From the NCBI GenBank assembly GCA_000092065.1, contig CP000600.1: 64,000 nucleotides of DNA; one strand, given 5' to 3'. Source of the stretch: Ostreococcus lucimarinus. Taxonomy: Eukaryota. A program made the position numbers and the translations under genes. Shown in pieces: positions 12,701 through 21,521 of the stretch (positions are counted from its first letter, which is position 1; every line of letters starts with the position of its first letter). The notes below the pieces were generated by a model. That model was not told the DNA's origin. It did no database searches and saw only the letters and a program-made list of their open reading frames with translations.

Positions 12701-14653
12701 CAATTTTCGTGAATAACAAGCGAAGGAGCGAAACACGCGCTTGTAACGTCTCCGCCCGTTCGCACGCTTCGCCGAATATGGCACACATCTTCATCTCCAA
12801 CTTTTTCACGCGAGACTTGAACGCGGCGAAATCATCGTGCCATCGCATCGAGGACACATCCAAAATATCATACTCAATCTTGGTCAAGTCATTTATCGCG
12901 ACATCAAGGAAAACGCGACGGATTACTTCAAGTCGATCGTCGAGCCTGTAACGCACCACGTTCGCTGCGCTTGGGAATGAGCGAGACGCCGGCGGCGCAA
13001 ATTGTTCTTGCGCTTCGCACAATTCCAACAGATCTCTGCAACGATGCGCGAATGCATCCAAATGCGAAAACACGGTCGTCGCATCAATCAACAGTGCTCC
13101 ACTGCTCTCGATCGCCGCGCGCTCGAAGTATATATTCTTCCACACATCAGCCACGAATGCGCACTCGCGAAGAGTACAAACTGCGCCGTTGTACGCTTCT
13201 TCGTTCGAACCATCGTTCTGAATGATGTGGTTCAGATTCAACTCACCTTTGCAAATAATCATAATTTGATCGGCGATACGTTTAAGCAGGTCCACATACT
13301 GATCACTGACCGCGTCTTTGATGTTTGAATCCGTATTCAGCCACGCCAGGAAGATTGCGTCAACGAGGCGCGGCAAGATTTGCGGGACGTCTGCCAGTCG
13401 TGCGACGCTCAAAGCTTCGCATGCGGGCTTGACGCGGCTGAACATGTCACTGATGCGTTCAGCCAAGTGAACTCTGTCGACGATCAACTGTTCAAACGCC
13501 GCGATGTCATCGCACAGGTAGTTTGCGTTTTTCTGCGACGCGAGTTTCTTCACAATCAACCGAACGCTTTCCGATTGCAGCTGTTCCTGAACACCGCGCA
13601 AGTCCGTCGCGCGTTCGGGCCAAAACTTCATGATGCGCATCAAAGGTCCATCGGACTGTACTCGTTCGTCCAGTCTCTGTGCGTCGCGCTTGCTCTCGTC
13701 GTCTTCGCCGACGTCCCCGCCGCGCCCGAGCACCTGGCGAAGTTGACGGGACCAGTTTGCGACGACGCTCTCCAAGTTACCAGTACTCTGATCATCTGGA
13801 ACGTACAGCACTGTTCGATGGGAATTCGACGCATCGAGCAATTTGGACATGAACGTGTGCGCATGAGCCGCGAGATCGGTCAACGGTGAACTCGTTTCTA
13901 TACTTTTGATTGCCCTTTGCCGCATCGAACACGCGTACACGCCGGCCATGAACCGTTGAAGAGTCTTGATCGTCGCCGCATGAGAACTCAAGTGTACGAC
14001 ACTTACATCACTACCGAGCGTATTGTAACCCGTTGGCTCTCCCTTAAGAATACTCAACGTGTGACTCGCGCGAAAGAGCACAGATACGCGACGAAAGGCT
14101 TGGGGAATTCCCTGCGTGACTCGTATGACGCAAACATCTCCAGAATCTTCTTTACGCACTATTTGTGCGTGTGCAAATAACACGAAAGGCGATCCGTCGC
14201 CTTCGCTCGCGATTCCATCGAAGAAGCCATCAATCAAATCGACGCGTTCCTACGTCGGCGCCGCGCGGAGCGTCAGTCGGTCAAAGACTAGAGCTCGAGA
14301 CGACGCACCTCTTCTACGATCGCATTTTCAATGATATCACTCCAAGTAGATTTATCAATCTTGAGTCCAGCGTCTCTCGCGAGCAAGTGTGTCGATACAC
14401 GTTCACGGATCCATCGCGCTCGGTCTTCGCCGCCGAGGCCGCTCGCGCTGTCGCCCGCGCTCGAAGTCTCGGACGGAGCGGGCGACGACGCGCGCGAGAT
14501 ACACGGTGACGACGCGGTGACGTTCGCGACGATTGAGGACTGCGTGATCGCCGTCATTACGCGCGCCTGGCGGTCGTACGTGCCCTCCTCGTCGTCGTCA
14601 GCGTCGTCGAATAGTGACGCAAATTGACCTCCAAAAATATCTTCGGTGCGCAT
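738..14653 (-). CDS. Axonemal (outer-arm type) dynein heavy chain, about 4618 aa; two exons: complement(join(738..14249,14309..14653)) with a 59-nt intron at 14250..14308
   Basis: The continuous 4504-codon ORF carries the AAA1 P-loop GPAGTGKTETVKD...FNCSDGVDY...GLAQTGAWACLDEFNRI, which matches axonemal DNAH-type chains rather than the cytoplasmic motif (GPAGTGKTESVK...FNCDE).

The big ORF has no ATG near its 5' end: its tracked start is TTG, preceded by an in-frame TAG. On the minus strand that TAG is the acceptor of an intron: gtgcgtcgtctcgagctctagtctttgaccgACTGACGctccgcgcggcgccgacgtag.

The intron joins an in-frame 115-codon exon 1 (ATG at 14653) that the track lists as a separate 121-aa ORF (14288..14653). 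Confidence 0.9.
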
Positions 14654-14733
14654 TTTGTCTGTTCATCTTCTCGGAGTTGACAACGAGTGTCCCACAACGC
14701 GCCGCTGCCGCGAGGACGGCGTATTCGTTCGCG

Positions 14734-15888
14734 ATGATCGACACCAAACGTATGAACGCCACTCTCAAAGACGTTGGAAGATGGAAACGACGCGAGTACG
14801 GCGTCGACGCGTGTGAGGTCACCATCCTAAACCTCCACGCCATGTCGGTCGGGGACGTCGTGCGCGCGATGCGAGAGAGCGGTTCTAGCCTTTCCAGCGG
14901 CGACGCGTGCTTGGTTCACGAGACGCTACCGACGACAGATGGCGCACAGATATCCATTAGAGCACTGTTCAAGTGCTTTTCGCGCGAGCTCGAAGATGAA
15001 CTCACGAAACCTCTCGAGCCAGCATACGAGAGTGGCGCCCGGGCCGATGCGCTGGTCGACGAGCCCAACGCGGCGGAAACCGTGGGTCTGGTGCACGTTG
15101 AGCATCGTCCAACGAGAGTGAAGAATTCAAAAGAACTCGCGGAAGCTCCTCCTCGAAACGTGCTTGAGTCGACGTTCGATTTGCCGGCGACACGATTGGC
15201 TGACTTTGCGTCGCCGCTCATCGCGTGCGAGAGCGACACGAGATGGCGCGACGCCATCGAAGAACTCGATGAGCGAGATAGACACGCTATATTCTTCACG
15301 ATCGATGATGACACGCACTGCGTCGTGACCGCGGAGGACATCGTGCACTTTCTAGGCGTCGCCGAAACGCTGCGCCTCGCCATCGGACAATGCTTCGATG
15401 AGCGCGTCCTGTTCGACACGACTCAGGACACGTTCATAGTCGTTCATCAGGAGCACAACTACGACATAACAGCCGCGGATTGTTTTCGCTGGCTCCATCG
15501 TGAGGGTGAAGGGGTGAACGCGTGCGTGTTCGTCGAGTCAAGCTTTCGAGTCCCGGGCGATACGCACATCGATCGTCACGGCCACATCATTTGTGAGTTG
15601 TCCGTACGCGATTTGCTCGACTTGACGCCGGACAACTTTGATCAAATCTTCAAAGTCGATCCAGTGACATATGTTTCCACCAAACCGAGACTTCGTGGTA
15701 CGTGCAGAGGCGTCTTCGTCGAAGGACAAAGCGGCACGAGCTCAGAAAGCGCGCGATCGTCGATCGAGAAGTTAGCCAAGAAAGCGCCGAGACGACTCCC
15801 GAGGCGCTTCTACGTCATCCATCGCGAACGCGTTCGCGCCTTTACGCCCCTTTCTCTCCTACGAACGATTGTCGCGTGTTCGGCGTAG
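14734..15888 (+). CDS. Hypothetical protein (384 aa from first ATG), no recognisable domain
   Basis: Long ORF diverging from the dynein gene. The tracked start at 14614 is GTG and overlaps dynein exon 1 on the other strand. The first in-frame ATG is at 14734 (MIDTKRMNATLKDV...). No family recognised by eye. Confidence 0.4.
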   Translation: MIDTKRMNATLKDVGRWKRREYGVDACEVTILNLHAMSVGDVVRAMRESGSSLSSGDACLVHETLPTTDGAQISIRALFKCFSRELEDELTKPLEPAYESGARADALVDEPNAAETVGLVHVEHRPTRVKNSKELAEAPPRNVLESTFDLPATRLADFASPLIACESDTRWRDAIEELDERDRHAIFFTIDDDTHCVVTAEDIVHFLGVAETLRLAIGQCFDERVLFDTTQDTFIVVHQEHNYDITAADCFRWLHREGEGVNACVFVESSFRVPGDTHIDRHGHIICELSVRDLLDLTPDNFDQIFKVDPVTYVSTKPRLRGTCRGVFVEGQSGTSSESARSSIEKLAKKAPRRLPRRFYVIHRERVRAFTPLSLLRTIVACSA

Positions 15889-16015
15889 CGATGCAAACGA
15901 AACGAAACAAAGCAACACACCATCGCATCGCGAGAGCGACAACTGAAGGCAACCAAACAAAAAAGGCGTTTTCTCGGCGTTTTTTTCGAGCGGCTTCACA
16001 GTTTGGCGAAGGCGC

Positions 16016-16663
16016 ATGGTCGTGAAGGCGCCGAAAGATTACGCGCGCGAGCCCCCTCGCGGATGGAGCTCGAAATGGTCGTGGACCACGCTCGACGGCG
16101 ACGATCGCGCGCAGACGGGCGCGGACGCGCGCAAGTTGTTTGAAGAACCACAGTTTCACAAACGCGCGAGGATCGGCGATTTACTAGGCGTGCGTGCGAT
16201 GCTCGACGCGCGCACGGTCGACGTGGACGACGTCGATGCCGGCGGACGCACTGCGTTACACTTTGCCGTCGGTTTCGGGCGCGAACACGTCGCACGCGAG
16301 CTGCTCGATCGAGGCGCCGCGCTGGAGACGCGCGACGATTGGGGCAAGGCGCCGGTGGATTTTGCGATGCAAGGACTACACGACGAGTGCATTCAAATGT
16401 TACGAATGGAGGCGGTGAAGCGAGGCGTTTGGGGAGGACGAGGTCGTGTGGCGCCGTTGAAGACGTACTACGAGTACGCATACAACCTCACGAACGAAGA
16501 AGTGCACGTGCAGATCGAGAAACACGCCCGCGAAGCCTCGGAAAATTACACGCGTCAGGCGAAAGCCGACAGCGCTAGCTATAACGAGCAAAGAGCAGAG
16601 TTACAGCGAGCAAAAGTCAAAGAAGCCATCAAAGAGAAGGCTCGAGGGCGACGGAGGCGCTGA
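16016..16663 (+). CDS. Ankyrin-repeat protein (215 aa)
   Basis: Contains GRTALHFAVGFGREHVARELLDRGAALETRDDWGKAPVDFA, a typical ANK repeat. ATG confirmed at 16016. Confidence 0.55.
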   Translation: MVVKAPKDYAREPPRGWSSKWSWTTLDGDDRAQTGADARKLFEEPQFHKRARIGDLLGVRAMLDARTVDVDDVDAGGRTALHFAVGFGREHVARELLDRGAALETRDDWGKAPVDFAMQGLHDECIQMLRMEAVKRGVWGGRGRVAPLKTYYEYAYNLTNEEVHVQIEKHAREASENYTRQAKADSASYNEQRAELQRAKVKEAIKEKARGRRRR

Positions 16664-16733
16664 CTCGACGAACAGTTCGCGTCGTGATTGTAGTCTTACT
16701 ACATCATCTACACGCGTTAAATCGTACCTCCCG

Positions 16734-17606
16734 TCACGTCGACGCGACGCTTCGCTTCACCGGCGGCAACTCGTCGTCGCACAGCACGTGTTCGATCGGC
16801 TGCAACATTTTACGCTCGCAACCTTTGCCGTCGATAGTGACGAGGCGAATGACGCCTCCCGACGACGCATCACGCGCGATCGCGAGCGAAATCGCGTTCG
16901 TCACCCACGCCTGGGCTTCCTCCTTGGACATGTCTTCTTTAAACGTATCGTCGCACCACCCGTACACGTACGCGCTTCCGCTTCCGCCCACGGTGAACGG
17001 GGCCTCGACCATGGACCCGCCCAGGGGAATGCCGTACACCTGCGGTCCTAATTTCCGATCCCAACCCGCTATGATCATCCCCGCCTGTAACCTATCTTTA
17101 TTTTCGTACGCGATGGTCTTGGTCAAGTTTGCGACGAGTTTGACGTCGCACGTCAGCACCTCATCTGCGCCCGCCGCCGCGCTCGACACCGACACCGCGT
17201 GCTCTTGCGCTAATCTCGACACATACGCCGCAACGTTTTGCGTATCAGCCGCGCTCCCGCTTCGACACATCCACACGTTGTCGCAGATCTGCGTGATTTT
17301 GTCGCTCGCCCTGTTCGCCACGTACGTCCCCGTGCTCGTCCGCGAATCCGCGCCGAGTATCACGCCGTCCGCGTATCGCACCGCCATGATCGTCGTCTGC
17401 GCCATCATCATCGTCGGCATCGCGCGCACGTCAGTCTCTCCGCGCCCGCATCACTCAACACCGGCGCGAGTCGTCGGCGCATCTCGATGCGTTCGTTCGT
17501 TCGTTCGTTCGTTCGTTCCTTCGTTCCTTCGTCGCGTCGCGTCGCGTCGCGTCGCGTCGCGACGACGCACCCCCATGGACACCGGAACATCGAACCCGTG
17601 ATCCAT
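16734..17606 (-). CDS. PSMB6: Proteasome subunit beta type-6 (beta1, caspase-like); complement(join(16734..17396,17571..17606)), 174-nt intron at 17397..17570
   Basis: TTIMAVRYADGVILGADSRTSTG...CRSGSAADTQ...IIAGWD...GGSGS is a near-perfect match to PSMB6/Pre3.

The tracked ORF starts at GTG and would put Gln at position -1 relative to Thr1. On the minus strand a spliced structure is more plausible: ATGGATCACGGGTTCGATGTTCCGGTGTCCATGGGG | GTGCGT...ACTGACG...CAG | ACGACGATC. This gives the propeptide MDHGFDVPVSMG ending in the conserved Gly-1.

The intron contains (GTTC)n and (GTCGC)n microsatellites. Confidence 0.85.
17490..17561. repeat. Microsatellites (CGTT)n followed by (CGTCG)5, inside the proposed PSMB6 intron
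   Basis: Seen directly: cgttcgttcgttcgttcgttcgttccttcgttccttcgtcgcgtcgcgtcgcgtcgcgtcgcg. Confidence 0.8.
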
Positions 17607-17735
17607 CGTCCCGTCCCGTCGCCCGTCTCGTCGTCGCAAAGTTTGTTTCGCTCGACGCGCGCGTCGAACTGGGGACGGGCTGGGGGCGGGCGCGATCGGG
17701 ACGCCACTCGCGCGCGCGCCGCGTCGACGCGCGCG

Positions 17736-18446
17736 ATGACGGGCGCGATCTCGAGCGCGTCGTTCGCGTCGCGTCGCCCCGCGTGCGGGGCCCTCGCGCG
17801 CGCCGCGTCGACGCGCGGGATATGCGTCCGCGCGTCGACATCGACATCGACATCGACGTCGACATCGACGTCGCACGCCGCGGCGCGCGCGCGCCTCGCG
17901 GCGACGCGCCGCGTTCGCGCGTCCTCGTCCTCGTCCTCGCCCTCGTCGTCGAGCGCGACGTCGCCGTCGCACGACGCGTTTCTCGGGCACTGGTCGCGCG
18001 ACTCGGCGAGGAACCAAAACGTCGTCGATTACCTCGTCGCGCACGGCGTCGGCACGGACGCGCTCAAACGCGCGCGGGCGTCGTACGAGCAAACGTGGAC
18101 GACGAGCGAGTCTGGCGCGGAGGGAGAGTTTCAAGTGCGAACGACGTCTGAAGAGGTGGGCATCGACCGCACGCTGACGTACTCGCTCGGCGAGTTTGTT
18201 GAAAAGTACGAAACGAGCGCCATCTTCGGGGCGGAACCGGGTGAGGTGACGCGCGTGGCGTCGTTCGACGCGGCGACGCGCACGCACACAACGACGACGA
18301 CGTCATCGATCGGGCACGAGACGACGACGAGACGCGTGCGCGAGGATGGGAAGGAGATGACGTGCGAGCGGCGCTTCGTGTCGAACGACGCCGAGGTGGA
18401 GGTAGACGTGACGTGCGTGGAAATTTTCGTGCGGCGAGAGACGTGA
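17736..18446 (+). CDS. Intracellular lipid-binding protein (FABP/CRBP-like, calycin fold) with about 80-aa S/T/A/R-rich N-terminal presequence
   Basis: The C-terminal 135 aa align to the FABP family:
- DAFLGHW...NVVDYLVAHGVGTDALKRA matches the DAFVGTWKL...NFDDYMKEVGVGFATRKVA N-terminal helix-turn-helix.
- LTYSLGEFVEKYE matches ISFILGQEFDEV.
- RRVREDGKEMTCE...VTCVEIFVRRE matches KRKREDDKLVVECV...TRVYERA.

First in-frame ATG at 17736. The region upstream of that is antisense to PSMB6 and spurious. The presequence includes STSTSTSTSTSTS, encoded by a (GACATC)n microsatellite at about 17838-17876. Confidence 0.55.
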   Translation: MTGAISSASFASRRPACGALARAASTRGICVRASTSTSTSTSTSTSHAAARARLAATRRVRASSSSSSPSSSSATSPSHDAFLGHWSRDSARNQNVVDYLVAHGVGTDALKRARASYEQTWTTSESGAEGEFQVRTTSEEVGIDRTLTYSLGEFVEKYETSAIFGAEPGEVTRVASFDAATRTHTTTTTSSIGHETTTRRVREDGKEMTCERRFVSNDAEVEVDVTCVEIFVRRET

Positions 18447-18494
18447 CGCGTCGGGTCGTGAATGCGGAATATCACTGATTCATATCATACGCGT

Positions 18495-18980
18495 CTACTT
18501 TGCGTTCCGTTTCCGCGCCTCGACGATGAGATCCGCCAAGAGCTCGCGCACGCCGCGCGTGCACACGTCGAGCGGCGACTCGCCGTCTTTATCCTTTGTC
18601 TCGAATTCCGACCCAAGTTCGCCTAAAACTTGTAAACACTTCTTCTCTCCCTGCGCGCTCGCGTAATGCGCCGCCAAGCACCCGTCCGCGCACCTCGCGT
18701 TGACGTCCACGCCGAGCTCGAGCACTCTTCGCAGCATTTTGTGTTCGCCGCTGTACGCCGCCTGGTGCGCCGCCGTCCATCCGTTCGAGTTCACGTCCTT
18801 GACGCACGCCGCGTCTTCCCTCAGCGCGCGTTCGAAGGCGTCGTGATCGCCGTCCTCGATCGCACCGAACAGTTCCGTCTGCGACGTCGACGATCCATCG
18901 TCATCGTCGTCGCCGTCGCTCTCCGCGTCGGTTTCGGTTTCGGTTTCGGTTTCGGTTTCCGTCTCCACCGCGCGTCGCAT
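18495..18980 (-). CDS. Small acidic ankyrin-repeat protein (161 aa)
   Basis: The C-terminal part of tracked ORF 18495..20177 is GWTAAHQAAYSGEHKMLRRVLELGVDVNARCADGCLAAHYASAQGEKKCL, which is ANK repeats. The upstream part of that ORF is antisense to the RING gene. First plausible ATG is MRRAVETETETETETET at 18980. The ETETET run is a (GTTTCG)n repeat. Confidence 0.5.
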   Translation of the reverse strand: MRRAVETETETETETETDAESDGDDDDDGSSTSQTELFGAIEDGDHDAFERALREDAACVKDVNSNGWTAAHQAAYSGEHKMLRRVLELGVDVNARCADGCLAAHYASAQGEKKCLQVLGELGSEFETKDKDGESPLDVCTRGVRELLADLIVEARKRNAK

Positions 18981-19271
18981 CGTCGACGTCGCCGGTCTCG
19001 CGCGTCGTCCGACGCCGCGGCTCGTGCGCGCGGGCATGCTCGCGGTCTTCTTCCGTTCGGGCGGGTCGCGTCCGTCGCGCGCGCGCTCGGTCCTCCGCGC
19101 GCGGTCTGCGGCGGTCGTCCGGCGCCGCCATCGACGACCGACGCGACGGTTGGGCGGTCGAGCGTCGGGCGGCGATGCGGGACGCGTCGTCGCACTCGTC
19201 GACGCGCGCGGACGCGTCCCGAGCGCCGACCCGACGCCGACCCGACGCCGACCCGACGCCGATCCGACTCG

Positions 19272-20918
19272 ATGTCGACGCGCCGACGCGCGCGCGCCTC
19301 GCCGACGCGCGAGAAAACGACGACCGAGGAAGATGCCGACGCGTGTCGGTTTTGTTTCGAAAGCGCGCGGGAAGACGACCCGTTGATCGCGCCGTGCGCG
19401 TGCAGAGGAGGACAAGAGTACATACACGCGAAGTGCTTGCTTCGATGGCAGCGCATGGTGGTGGTGCAAGCGCCGACGCATCCGGCGTTTTGGAACGAGG
19501 ACACGCGGAGCAACGTGTGCAACGTGTGCAAGGAGGCGTTTACGACGCCGCCGCCGACGCGAATGACGCTGATGAGCTCGTTCACGGGAGCGGAGATCGC
19601 GGCGATGTGCGCCGTCGGGCACTTGTTGGTGTCGCACGCCGCGTTTAGCGCCAAACTTCGAGAGAAATTGCAAGACATGAACCCGGCGATGCGGCGGATT
19701 TGCTCGTACGAGTACTGGATCGAAGGGACGTACTTGATCACGGAGACGCGCGCGTCGTCGGACGAAGCGGGGGAGTCGAGCGAAGGAGACGTAGGCGATG
19801 ACACAATCGTGGCGGTGAACTTGAACGGGCGATGCGACGTGAGTGAGTTCATCCAGGGCGAAAGTCAGTTGTTTGAGATTGTCGGCGCCGGCGGACAATC
19901 TCGCGTGCGCTTGCGCCAAGAATTTGAAGAAGGAAACGATGACGATGACGACAATGATGACGACAATGATGGCGATAATGATGACGACAATGATGACGAT
20001 AATGATGACGACGAACGAAATACGGCAGACGTGGATGACGCAGACGTGACGAACGAGGACGCCGACGAGGACGATTTGCCCCGAGACGAAATCGCCGACG
20101 ACGCAGAGCAAACACCGGAACTTGTCATCGAAGTTCCCGAAGACGTTGCTGACGATCGAGAGGCGTTTATCGAGCACCTACAACAGCTATTATCACCGTC
20201 CATTTTTGAGGTGTATCAGCGATTTCGCAGGCGGCGAGTCATCGAGGACGCCTACGACGAAGTCGCCAGGGAATGGCGAGTCACGCGCCAGGACGTCGAG
20301 AACGCGGTTGAGATAGAGCCGTTCGATGGTGGACCGTGCGATCACGACGAAGTCGCGTTGTGCATTGTCGTCGGTACGGACACGTCGTGCGGCTACACGA
20401 AAGTCGAGGGAAGTTTGGCGGGCGCCATCAGCGTAGCGTTTAGAAATTCTCGCGCGTACGCCGACTCGACCGACGGTTTGCGAGCGGGTGCCGTCGTGAC
20501 ATGCGCCGCAACCGCCGACGTGCGCGAGGCCGTTGGCGTTCTGTGCGGGTTTTCGGAAGAATCGAACACGTGGAACGTCGCTTCGCCTTTCGGCGTGCTG
20601 AAACGAACTCGAGAGGAGTTCGAGGTTCTTCGAAGCCCGACGCGCGCCAAAGTGCTCTGCTTCTTCGGCACCGCGCAATGGAACCGATCGCAACTTTTGG
20701 GTGAAATCGCGAGAGGACACTGGGGGTTGACGAAATCAGAGCCCGTCGACGTGGCGCGCGCAGAAACTGCGTATCGCCGCGCGATGGATTCTGGATCGCT
20801 CGTGTTTGCGCCGTTGACTGAAATGACGGAGGAGTTTATGCGCGACGAACTCGCAGAGATGTCGCGCATTCGATCGAGCGGTCAGCTCGACCGCGCGGGG
20901 TCATCCGCGTCCCACTGA
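19272..20918 (+). CDS. RING-CH (MARCH-type C4HC3) zinc finger protein fused to a C-terminal DUF179/AlgH-YqgE-like domain; central acidic D/N low-complexity linker
   Basis: N-terminus: CRFCFE...PCACRGGQEYIHAKCLLRW...CNVCK is a RING-variant. C-terminus: DGGPCD...LCFFGTAQWNRSQLLGEIARGHWGL resembles the AlgH family signature GYAGWxxGQLExElxxxaW. The true ATG is at 19272; upstream of it the ORF is antisense to the ankyrin gene. Confidence 0.6.
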   Translation: MSTRRRARASPTREKTTTEEDADACRFCFESAREDDPLIAPCACRGGQEYIHAKCLLRWQRMVVVQAPTHPAFWNEDTRSNVCNVCKEAFTTPPPTRMTLMSSFTGAEIAAMCAVGHLLVSHAAFSAKLREKLQDMNPAMRRICSYEYWIEGTYLITETRASSDEAGESSEGDVGDDTIVAVNLNGRCDVSEFIQGESQLFEIVGAGGQSRVRLRQEFEEGNDDDDDNDDDNDGDNDDDNDDDNDDDERNTADVDDADVTNEDADEDDLPRDEIADDAEQTPELVIEVPEDVADDREAFIEHLQQLLSPSIFEVYQRFRRRRVIEDAYDEVAREWRVTRQDVENAVEIEPFDGGPCDHDEVALCIVVGTDTSCGYTKVEGSLAGAISVAFRNSRAYADSTDGLRAGAVVTCAATADVREAVGVLCGFSEESNTWNVASPFGVLKRTREEFEVLRSPTRAKVLCFFGTAQWNRSQLLGEIARGHWGLTKSEPVDVARAETAYRRAMDSGSLVFAPLTEMTEEFMRDELAEMSRIRSSGQLDRAGSSASH

Positions 20919-21079
20919 TGATTTTGTAACATACGCGAAGCTGCTGAACGAAAGTAATTGCCGTTATACATATTACATGCACGACGAACGCCGCCGCGCG
21001 GAGTCGACGTCGTGTGAACTTTCGACAACATGTGACGCGCGACGGGTTACGCGACACTTCGCAACGCAACGCGATCAAA

Positions 21080-21469
21080 ATGACCTTACGACGCACCATC
21101 GCGCTCGCGTTTTTCGCCGCCACCACCGCAGCCGTCGCGGTCGCCGCGCAGGACTTCGTGTGTCCGGAATTCTCGGACGCGAAGGCGATGCGAGTGCTGA
21201 TGACGTGCCTCGACGACCCCGATGGCTTGTGCGGATCGCAGTGCGTGGACGCGCTCGTCAAAGGCGCACTTGCCGTGAAGGACGATATCGCGGTGCCGTG
21301 CGAAGGTGGTGTCGATGGCGTCGTCGAAAACGTGCTCAAAAAGTGCACGGAGGAAGCGGGCCAACCTTTCGATCCGTGCGACGGCGCGTTTGCCGAACAA
21401 TTGCGCGCGAACGCCGCTTCGGTGCGCTGCATCGGCGGTGGCACGCTCGAAAGCACGCTCGAAAGCTGA
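21080..21469 (+). CDS. Small secreted cysteine-rich protein (129 aa, predicted signal peptide, 8 Cys)
   Basis: MTLRRTIALAFFAATTAAVAVAAQDFVCPEF... shows a hydrophobic N-terminus followed by evenly spaced Cys. An AT-rich region lies upstream. No family recognised. Confidence 0.4.
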   Translation: MTLRRTIALAFFAATTAAVAVAAQDFVCPEFSDAKAMRVLMTCLDDPDGLCGSQCVDALVKGALAVKDDIAVPCEGGVDGVVENVLKKCTEEAGQPFDPCDGAFAEQLRANAASVRCIGGGTLESTLES

Positions 21470-21521
21470 GAACCTCGAAATGGATTCAAAATCGCGCTCG
21501 CGCCTTTTGTAAGGCGAACCG

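Noticed and set aside
14288-14653. 121-aa ORF upstream of dynein as an independent small gene
   Set aside because: Its last 6 codons begin with GTGCGT. An ACTGACG branch point and an in-frame AG join it precisely to the dynein ORF, which otherwise lacks an ATG. Better explained as dynein exon 1.
17585-17605. GGTTCGATG T-loop-like motif suggesting a tRNA on the minus strand
   Set aside because: No acceptor or anticodon stems can be drawn. The motif lies in the PSMB6 propeptide exon.
17238-17735. 5' half of tracked ORF 17238..18446 as part of the FABP-like protein
   Set aside because: It overlaps PSMB6 exons on the opposite strand. The first sensible ATG is at 17736.
18666-19271. Upstream ATG at 18666 for the RING-CH protein
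   Set aside because: Would be antisense to the ankyrin gene and encodes R-rich nonsense. The ATG at 19272 directly precedes the RING-CH finger.
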